DNA from: Fibrobacteria bacterium
GTDB lineage: Bacteria; Fibrobacterota; Fibrobacteria; UBA11236
Assembly (NCBI GenBank): GCA_043732185.1
Contig: JAYTHY010000034.1
Coordinates: 1-38,339 of the forward strand
Direction of reading: 5' to 3'
Length of the DNA: 38,339 bases
Shown: one piece after another, positions 18,500 through 26,169 of the stretch
How the letters are laid out: each line of letters opens with the position of its first letter
Numbering within the stretch: position 1 is the stretch's first letter
Translations under genes and position numbers: made by a program
The notes under the pieces: generated by a model
Told to the model about the DNA's origin: nothing
The model's input: the letters and a program-made list of their open reading frames with translations, nothing else
Database searches by the model: none

Positions 18500-21400
18500 G
18501 GCTTGGCCTCCCCTTTTAACTGATCCTCCACCCAGGTATTTCGGAAAATGGGCTGCACGTCAAATTGCCTGCCAATGGCTTCCGGACTTCGGTCCTGATA
18601 GGCTTTACTAAAGGCATCAGGGCTTCCGGCCAGGTTATGGGTCACATAGTCCTTCATGGTCAACCAATCCCGAGAATCCGATTGAACCGCCATCAGCACA
18701 TTCCTAAGTCCCGAAGTAGACGCTTCTAAGGATTTCACCTGCGTATTGCGAGTTTTCTGAATAGCCAAGCGGGTCAGTGCCGAAAGCCGGATATAGTTGG
18801 AGGTATTGTCACCTCCCCTACCAAGTGCCGCTTGCGCATCCTTTAGCGCCTGATGGGTTCCCGCCCGGTCGCGGTCATTTTCCGTTTCCACTTGGGCCAA
18901 GGAACCGGCGGTTTCCCGATACAGATAGGCCAGAGTCCTTTTTCCCGGTCCATCCATAAACCGGTCCAGGTCGAGGTTTAAGGCATGCAGTGAGGTTTCA
19001 AAATGGAGGAGCTCGTTCCTGAACTCATTCGTGGACCAGTCAAAATAGCGCATGGCCCTCGTGGGATAAACCATGCTGATATTGGTCGGCCTGATTTTGG
19101 CATAATCCAGATTCACGAAAAAATCCACCAGCAAGCCCCCGGACCTTTTAAACCGGGAGTAAGCCCGTTCCAGGGCCCGCCTGGAGTCCCGGATCTCGGC
19201 CAGAATATCCATGAGCCGCCGCCACTCCACATAGCCCTTATAGAAGGCATAAGCCACTTTCGCGCTTTGCTTCACGGCCACCATGTTTTCTAGTCGCTTG
19301 GCGGATTCGTAAATGTAAGGCTTATCCTTTTGGCTGAAGATCCATTTCATGGCCATGTCCAAACCCTCTGAAACCGCGATATAGTAGGCTATCCGCGCCA
19401 TAGCTTCCGACTTATCCTCAAAGGTCGCCGGGTCCCGCTCGTGCAAGGACTTCAGGTCCGTATGGGCTTCTCTGGAACTTAAGTCATAGGTATCCGAAGT
19501 GGAAAGCAGTTTACCGCCTTCCATATGGATTTGATCCACCCACTTCCCGACCAGCTTCTGGCCCCCATCCTCAGAATTTTTCCAGAAAATATTCGAGATC
19601 CTAAGCGTCCCAACTTGTGCCGGATCGCCATGCGAGTTATAAACAAAAAGCCCATAATCCCAATACACCCGGAACTTGAGGTCATCGAGATCGCTTCCCA
19701 GAATGAAATCATCCCATTCCTTGCCATCCGCCCACTTCTGCACCTTCAAGGGCATACCCGTTTGGGATTGGGTGATAAAGGTGCGGGCACTTTTGTATTC
19801 CAAATATTTATCGGAGGTGTTTAGAATCCGAATGGGTTTATTTAGGTCATCGGGATTCCCAATTGCCAAATCCAAATCCAGCTTGCCAAAAGCCGCGAAG
19901 GCTTGGATGGAGCTCGTTCTTCCACCGGGCGATAAAGGTACCGTAACACCACCGCCCCCATTAAACCGTATCTGAAATAATTCCAATAACGGTTCTTTAC
20001 CCTTGGATACCACGGTCTCAAAAAGGGATTGCATATCTCCCATCAAGGCATGAATGCGGGGATTGATCCGGTACTGCTTTTCCTTCGACCCCTCCCAATC
20101 ATCCCAAGCCTTGGGACCATAGCGATAGGCATAGAAAACGGTATTGGCATCAAGCGGATCCATCAAGTCCTCGTGATTGGGATTCAGCCTGGCCCCGGTT
20201 TTATCATAATAGGCAGGCGTTTCCGGCATGATGTCCACGGACAAATCCTCATGGTCAATCGAACCATCTGGATTCATGGATTTATAAACCGGACTCTCCC
20301 CCAGCTTGGACGCCAAATAATCCCCATAGTCCACCCGCCCCCGTAAATCCGGGCTCTGGCGCTCCTCTTTAAGATCCTTTTCCACGCAAATTTTATACAG
20401 CGAAAAATAAGTTCGCTGGTCAGGACAATCCTTGAACAAAGCAGGATTAGAATTCTCGGCGTTATCCGGGGCGATGGGAGTCCAATTGCCCTTTTTATCA
20501 ACCACGGCCACATTGCGATCATCGCCTTCAAAATGAAGGTCCGAGCACCGACACTCAGAATGCCATTCCAAAAGCCTACGATTCGTTATAACCTCCTCAG
20601 GGCGGAATATCCTTGCTCCATAGCGGAGATCCGGCTGAAATACTTCCGTTTCCTCCGCAGGCACTAGCGACCGCGCCGAAAAGTATAAGGGGTCCGAGGT
20701 TGTATATCCAAATCGTTTAGCCTCCTCCGCACTGGTAAAGCGCCCATAATAGGCATATACCTTTCCCGGGTTCCCGAACAATTTCAATATGGCCGGCACC
20801 CACTTCCCCGCCACCACCACTAAACCTGGCTCAAATTGGGTCCAGCCATTGGCCTGCAGTGTCTTGCGAATATCACTCAGCAAGTTTTTGGTCAATACCG
20901 AACCCAGCACTGCTCCGCGCGCACCCCCTGAAGGCGTTGGCACATATTCCAATCGGACCCCAGGCAGAAAGTCAAACTGTTTCGGATAGGATGCAAACTG
21001 GACCCGATCCAATTTCGGTAGGACACCCTTACCTTGCGCCTGGAAAAAGGCCTTAACCTGCATGGCATCCACTTCCTCCATGGGAAATAGGATGGGACCG
21101 GGAATCGTAGACAATATATTTTGGTCCAGTCGTTTGACCGCAGTCATCGAACCTAAAGCCAGCGCATACCAATGAGTAAGTAACACAATATTCCAACCAT
21201 TCAGAGCTTGGTCACCGGAGCGAATCATTTGTTGGCAGTCTTGTTTCTGACCCTTAATAATGGCCGCCACGGTTTTGACTGACCCATCGGCATAGGGGAT
21301 CAATTTCTGACTCAAGAACAGTTGCCCTTGGTAAGCGGGCAAAGGGTCTTCCAACAATAACCCGCGCGCGCCCAAACGCGGAAAGCTCGCTGGCCAATCT

Positions 21401-21558
21401 GGGCAGGCCGTCACCAGGGACGCCAGGGGAAGGGCTTCCGAGGAATAATAGTCCGTGCCAATACATTCACAGGGAGGTATGGCAAGACTTTCGGAAATAA
21501 TTACCAGAGAGCCTAGTCCAATCCTTCGTATCAAATTCTTTGGGTTAAAAGCGTCCAT
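18496..21558 (-). CDS. 1020-aa putatively secreted protein: unknown N-terminal region plus a C-terminal helical region paralogous to the downstream 408-aa protein
   Basis: Long ORF with GGAGG RBS inside the virB4 3' end and a signal-peptide-like start. The segment from Y776 aligns by eye with the segment from Y50 of the 408-aa protein. Confidence 0.6.
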   Translation of the reverse strand: MDAFNPKNLIRRIGLGSLVIISESLAIPPCECIGTDYYSSEALPLASLVTACPDWPASFPRLGARGLLLEDPLPAYQGQLFLSQKLIPYADGSVKTVAAIIKGQKQDCQQMIRSGDQALNGWNIVLLTHWYALALGSMTAVKRLDQNILSTIPGPILFPMEEVDAMQVKAFFQAQGKGVLPKLDRVQFASYPKQFDFLPGVRLEYVPTPSGGARGAVLGSVLTKNLLSDIRKTLQANGWTQFEPGLVVVAGKWVPAILKLFGNPGKVYAYYGRFTSAEEAKRFGYTTSDPLYFSARSLVPAEETEVFQPDLRYGARIFRPEEVITNRRLLEWHSECRCSDLHFEGDDRNVAVVDKKGNWTPIAPDNAENSNPALFKDCPDQRTYFSLYKICVEKDLKEERQSPDLRGRVDYGDYLASKLGESPVYKSMNPDGSIDHEDLSVDIMPETPAYYDKTGARLNPNHEDLMDPLDANTVFYAYRYGPKAWDDWEGSKEKQYRINPRIHALMGDMQSLFETVVSKGKEPLLELFQIRFNGGGGVTVPLSPGGRTSSIQAFAAFGKLDLDLAIGNPDDLNKPIRILNTSDKYLEYKSARTFITQSQTGMPLKVQKWADGKEWDDFILGSDLDDLKFRVYWDYGLFVYNSHGDPAQVGTLRISNIFWKNSEDGGQKLVGKWVDQIHMEGGKLLSTSDTYDLSSREAHTDLKSLHERDPATFEDKSEAMARIAYYIAVSEGLDMAMKWIFSQKDKPYIYESAKRLENMVAVKQSAKVAYAFYKGYVEWRRLMDILAEIRDSRRALERAYSRFKRSGGLLVDFFVNLDYAKIRPTNISMVYPTRAMRYFDWSTNEFRNELLHFETSLHALNLDLDRFMDGPGKRTLAYLYRETAGSLAQVETENDRDRAGTHQALKDAQAALGRGGDNTSNYIRLSALTRLAIQKTRNTQVKSLEASTSGLRNVLMAVQSDSRDWLTMKDYVTHNLAGSPDAFSKAYQDRSPEAIGRQFDVQPIFRNTWVEDQLKGEAKP

Positions 21559-24034
21559 GGATAAGCTCCTCCAAGACCTCGGGAGTCACGAAGGTGACGC
21601 CGAGCCGCCGTTTCACCTTTTCGATTTTCTCCTTGTCCTTGGCATTGGTAGTGGAAAACCAGTAATCATAAGGCGAAGGCCTAAGCCGTAGCGAACCCTT
21701 ATAAATCGGCGTCATCATATAGTAGTCGGCATATTCGGGAGGATTGAATTTCAGATCCTGAATACAGGCATAGTCATGCTCATTCATGGTATGGGTATGC
21801 GAGCCCGTCGCCTTGAGATGCGATAGCGCTTCCATGGAATGGGAGGCACCGCACATAAAGAAATGAGTGGTATTGGCCAGGAGGGCCGGACCCACGGTCG
21901 AACGCAAAATGTCTTCATAAGATTGGGTGACGCAATAAATGAAACCACCATGCTTGCGGATGGTCCTCCAAATCCCCTCCACGGTAGCCGTGAGGCCACC
22001 GCCCGTAAGCTGGGCCCAAGCCTCGTCCAGAATCACCATTTTACGGACGCCACGGCTCCGTACACACATATCATAGGTGAAGCGAGTGATGATCAAGGTG
22101 AGGATGGTTTCCAAATCCGGATGCTCACTCAAGCCCTCCAAATCGAAACAGAAGACATCCACTTCCTGCACCGAGGTCGTGGCCCGGAAAAACCGGGCGT
22201 AAATGCCGGTGCCAATATATTTGCTCATCTGCTCATAAAGCTGATGAAAACGCTCCTGCATATAGGTTTCTGCGAAACCCTCCAGGTTCAGCACATTGCC
22301 TTCATTATTATGAGTTTCCAGATAAGCCTGCCGAAGCGACTCCGAAAGCTTGCCCTCCTCCGTCTTGGAAAACCGGCCATGCGGATCGTCTAGACACATC
22401 AAAGTGATGACTTGAATAAGAAAACTTTCCTTATAGGCATCCACGGTTCCATTCAAGTCCGCCAGCACACCCCCTTCAGCGGATTCACGAACGAACAAAG
22501 GCCCGTCAAAGAAGTTCACCGTAAAGCCTGCCTCCCCAACAAACTTGAGTTCGATATAGCGCCCCGTAGGCAAGTTCATCACCAGATTGCGAAAGCTGCC
22601 CTGCCCCGGACCACCCTTATCAATCAGAAAAACCTTACCGTTTCCTTTGAGGTGATTCATGATCAGATAATTGGTCAGAAACGATTTTCCGCTGCCCGAA
22701 CCCCCACAAATAATTCCGTTCCAAGACGGATCACGCGGGTCCATTAGGTCAAAGGACATTAAGACATCATGGGTATTATGGAAGTAAACGGGAACCTCCG
22801 GTGGCTTGCCTTCCGGGTTCCGGTAGAAAGGTGGATAGAGTAGCGGCAAAAACGGTTCCGCATTCATGGAGATAAGTCGAGACGCGATTTGATTGAGGTG
22901 GACGGCAAAAGGCGGCAAGGCATGGAAGGTCGCCTTGTGGTTATGGGTATCCCGTTTTAGAATCATTTCCTTCCCACGAAAGACATTGGTCAGGATTTTC
23001 ATCTGGCCATTCAGAATCGTTTCACTCGGCCCCCAGGAATGAACCACATAACTTAAATCCAAGAGCCGACCTCCCTCTTCTTCAATAGCGAGTAAAGCCT
23101 GGTCGAGCCTTTCTTTCTGCACCATCAAATCCTTGACCAGTTTCTGAAATAACCCCGAGTACACGCTGATCCGGGACACCATGGCATTGGCCTTCTTTTT
23201 CGCCTCCGCCGGATCCGGAAACCGCAAAGTCGCCTGCACCAGGAACGGCACGGCCTTAAGCTCCTCGCTGAAAAGCAAGGTGGAAAAATTCGGAGCAGCA
23301 TTCTGCGGGAACCCGGTGGTCCGCAAACTCAAGGCCCCGTGAAAATTACCACCATAATAACTGATGCCGCGCTCTCCCCTGGAAAACACATCCGACTCCA
23401 ACAAAGCCGAAAGGTCCGAGGTATTGTTCTGAGTGGAATGATTTAGAAGCAGACCCAAAAATTCCATCACCCCCTGGGTGGAAAGCTTTACGCAGGCGCC
23501 GCCAAAGCGGGAGCGAATCTGATCTATAACCGAGTCCAACGTATCCATCCCCGCACGCACTTCCTTATGCAGCTGCGGATCCGATAGCCGAGGATGAAAT
23601 ACTTTCGCGGTAAGCCTGTCCTTTAGAGACGTTTTTTCAGCACCCTCAAACCGAATTGGGAGAGTAATGGAAAAGAAGGGATGGTATTCCGGTGAGGCGA
23701 AACCATTCAGCCTATCCATCCTCTTTTCCTCCAGGAAATTCATAACCGGGTGCTTGCTTTTAAGCAGGGGTGATATGGCATAGTCCTTGAACTGCTTCAC
23801 CAGGTAAACGGAAACCATGGATCCCGAAGGCAAGGCAAACAAACTGCGGACAAACCCCGCCAGCTCATCCTCCAACGACTGCACATCCTTCAAATAAAAC
23901 GGCGGGAAATAACAAACCGCTGAGACGGCATATGGAGACTCGGTGAGTACGATTCCCTCTTCAATCAATAGGACTTTCCAAAGGTCTCGGAATGACCCAT
24001 GTTCCCGAATCCTATCCTGACCCAGGCTAATCAT
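21545..24034 (-). CDS. virB4: VirB4/TraC family type IV secretion ATPase
   Basis: 829 aa; NGIICGGSGSGKSF Walker A (22682-22705), LIDKGG, MVILDEAW Walker B, IRKHGG..VTQS; follows a pilin and a VirB3-like gene. Confidence 0.92.
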   Translation of the reverse strand: MISLGQDRIREHGSFRDLWKVLLIEEGIVLTESPYAVSAVCYFPPFYLKDVQSLEDELAGFVRSLFALPSGSMVSVYLVKQFKDYAISPLLKSKHPVMNFLEEKRMDRLNGFASPEYHPFFSITLPIRFEGAEKTSLKDRLTAKVFHPRLSDPQLHKEVRAGMDTLDSVIDQIRSRFGGACVKLSTQGVMEFLGLLLNHSTQNNTSDLSALLESDVFSRGERGISYYGGNFHGALSLRTTGFPQNAAPNFSTLLFSEELKAVPFLVQATLRFPDPAEAKKKANAMVSRISVYSGLFQKLVKDLMVQKERLDQALLAIEEEGGRLLDLSYVVHSWGPSETILNGQMKILTNVFRGKEMILKRDTHNHKATFHALPPFAVHLNQIASRLISMNAEPFLPLLYPPFYRNPEGKPPEVPVYFHNTHDVLMSFDLMDPRDPSWNGIICGGSGSGKSFLTNYLIMNHLKGNGKVFLIDKGGPGQGSFRNLVMNLPTGRYIELKFVGEAGFTVNFFDGPLFVRESAEGGVLADLNGTVDAYKESFLIQVITLMCLDDPHGRFSKTEEGKLSESLRQAYLETHNNEGNVLNLEGFAETYMQERFHQLYEQMSKYIGTGIYARFFRATTSVQEVDVFCFDLEGLSEHPDLETILTLIITRFTYDMCVRSRGVRKMVILDEAWAQLTGGGLTATVEGIWRTIRKHGGFIYCVTQSYEDILRSTVGPALLANTTHFFMCGASHSMEALSHLKATGSHTHTMNEHDYACIQDLKFNPPEYADYYMMTPIYKGSLRLRPSPYDYWFSTTNAKDKEKIEKVKRRLGVTFVTPEVLEELIHGRF

Positions 24035-25092
24035 GGGTGCAAAGCCTTCAATACCGCCGGAACTTGACTCACTTCGATGCGGACGCCATCACTCATCAGC
24101 CGGTAATTGCCGGGATATAAGTGGCAATAATTCTCACGGGTACGAATCATGGAAGCATGGAAGGAAATGCCCATCCGACACAAATCCTGAATATAGTCCT
24201 GAGCCCGCAGCCTCAAGTCAACGAGAGTTGCACCAAAAAGCAAGACATAGTGCTTGGCCAAGGCCTTCCCCTTTAAGGTAACGGGAAGCTCCCCACGAAA
24301 CAGGTCTGGAGCCGGGAACCCGGGCTCTCGGCTGGGCCCCGCTTTCCGAAAAAAGTTCAGAAAGGTCAGATAGTCCTCCACCTCCGAGTCCAATCTTCTC
24401 AATTCTTGCGCCTCCGGTTGATGAATGCAGGTAGCGGCCAGATACTCAAGGTCATGGGCTGGATGAGGCACTGGACCTTTTCCAGGAGCATTGAAAGCAT
24501 TGAACTCCACCAAAAGCGCCAGCCGCGCTGGCCCCAGCATCAAATAGCTGAGATTGTAGGTTATGGAATCCAAACATTCGAGAGATGCCTCGTTGATCCG
24601 AATAGGCCCCAGAACCTGCAAGAGTGGCGTGGGATTGGAAAGAAGACGCAAAGACCCAGCCTCACCATTCACACAGCGCAGCAAGGTCTCATAAGTCTCA
24701 CGAGTAGAGAGTTCCAGTCTCTCCAATTCCTGGCCCAAGGCATGATTATTTACCAAGGCACCAAACCTCTGAAGGGGTGAGAAGGGATAGCGGAAAGGGA
24801 CCAAGGCAGACAAGGCCAGAAATTGCTCATCGGTCCCTCCAGGGACATGATGACTATACGCCTGTAAACCGGAAGAAACCGGCATCACCTCCAGAATCCT
24901 ATCCATGGCCATGCCTGCTATCGAAGACGCCTGAAAAAGGCAAGTCAGAACCCCATTCGCCAAAAGCGTATAATGGAGGTCCGAGGCAAAACCATGCACG
25001 GGATACATTTCCGCACTAGGTATAATTCCAGCCATGCCCCGCTCCTTAAGCGCAGGCCAGGCATTGTCAATGGTGATAAAATGGGTTTTCAC
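24031..25092 (-). CDS. 353-aa protein resembling the VirB4 N-terminal (non-ATPase) domain
   Basis: GTG start with GGAGGAG RBS and ATGA overlap with virB4. Contains LYPGN. Its last 73 aa align without gaps to VirB4 aa 329-401 (10 identities), and it has no Walker motifs. Confidence 0.6.
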   Translation of the reverse strand: MKTHFITIDNAWPALKERGMAGIIPSAEMYPVHGFASDLHYTLLANGVLTCLFQASSIAGMAMDRILEVMPVSSGLQAYSHHVPGGTDEQFLALSALVPFRYPFSPLQRFGALVNNHALGQELERLELSTRETYETLLRCVNGEAGSLRLLSNPTPLLQVLGPIRINEASLECLDSITYNLSYLMLGPARLALLVEFNAFNAPGKGPVPHPAHDLEYLAATCIHQPEAQELRRLDSEVEDYLTFLNFFRKAGPSREPGFPAPDLFRGELPVTLKGKALAKHYVLLFGATLVDLRLRAQDYIQDLCRMGISFHASMIRTRENYCHLYPGNYRLMSDGVRIEVSQVPAVLKALHP

Positions 25093-25420
25093 GAGTATGC
25101 TCCTCCAAATGATTGGGTCGGGTAAAAGGCTGGAACGGCATCAAATGGGTGCCGACCAGGGAATCTGGTATCGCGCGGTTGTAATACCAAGTCACCAAGA
25201 AATCCTGTTCCTTGGACTTGGCATGGATAAGCACTGCATCCACAATGGCCACAAGACTAAGCCCCACCAAAATGGGCAGGGCCGTCACAATTCCAAAGAT
25301 GGCTAGGATGCTTTGCAGGAATAAAGGAATCAGCAGGGCGAAGAAAAGGGATACGCCCCACTCGAAGCGGTTCAGCTTCAAAAAGGTGGGTTCGGCCGAA
25401 TGCAATGGGATGATCTTCAT
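25067..25420 (-). CDS. virB3: VirB3/TraL-like small inner-membrane protein
   Basis: 117 aa, two adjacent hydrophobic segments followed by KSKEQDFLVTWYY..IP; lies between the pilin and virB4; GAGGAG RBS. Confidence 0.7.
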   Translation of the reverse strand: MKIIPLHSAEPTFLKLNRFEWGVSLFFALLIPLFLQSILAIFGIVTALPILVGLSLVAIVDAVLIHAKSKEQDFLVTWYYNRAIPDSLVGTHLMPFQPFTRPNHLEEHTRENPFYHH

Positions 25421-25437
25421 ATACGATTCTCCTCTGT

Positions 25438-25821
25438 TTAACCAGAGAATGTGTCAAACTCGGCCTTACCCGTAACAAATCCAAGAAAGTTGGCGGCACC
25501 TAGGGCAATGACCGCCACGACAATGACGCCGATAATCTTCTTGGCCGCCCCTTCATCACCTCCTATCCAGCGGATGGCGTAATATATGACAGCCAAAATG
25601 GCGAGGCCGGCAATGGCAGCATTGGCAATGGTGACGAGGTTTCGGATGGGATTGGTGATTTCGGAAGTGGCAAAGCCTGTTTGGGCATGGGCTGTGGCCA
25701 CTAAGAAATTGAATAGCAGGAAAGCAACTGGATATCTCTGATTTTGTACCCAGGAATAGTAGTTGCGCATCAGGGAGGGGGTCTGGTGATTGGAGGTTGA
25801 TTTTGGAATGGAAATAAGCAT
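25438..25821 (-). CDS. virB2: VirB2/TrbC family conjugative-type pilin
   Basis: Long leader cleaved at AHA-Q, two hydrophobic helices separated by RWIGGDEGAAKK; first gene of the operon; AAGGAG RBS. Confidence 0.82.
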   Translation of the reverse strand: MLISIPKSTSNHQTPSLMRNYYSWVQNQRYPVAFLLFNFLVATAHAQTGFATSEITNPIRNLVTIANAAIAGLAILAVIYYAIRWIGGDEGAAKKIIGVIVVAVIALGAANFLGFVTGKAEFDTFSG

Positions 25822-25841
25822 GGATGACTCCTTTTTAGTGA

Positions 25842-25865
25842 TAGTATTTAAATACTATTTATATT
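25842..25865. promoter_or_regulatory. Putative operator/promoter of the virB2 operon, copy 2 of the 24-bp repeat
   Basis: Perfect 18-bp palindrome ATAGTATTTAAATACTAT at 25841-25858, about 20 bp upstream of the virB2 ATG. The 24-mer is identical to 8-31. Confidence 0.7.
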
Positions 25866-26169
25866 ATTTAAAAACCATGTCCCGGGTAGATAAGCGAAAA
25901 TGCCTTCTATTTTGTCGAAATCGCTGAAATCGATGTGTTTAGGGCGTTTACTCAGAACCAGAAAAATCAACTGGCCATACAGGACGGTCTTCGAACAAGA
26001 ATGGGTGGGAAAAATCTCAACAATTTAACTAGAAGCCGGCTCCACTTTCGGAATCGTCTTCTTTTTAGGAGGTCATGGGAGAGACGGAAGGATGATGGAA
26101 TCAGAAGGCAGAGGAACGTAGGATTTATACGCTTAAAGAGCGGGCGACCTAACACTCCTTCTCATCAAA

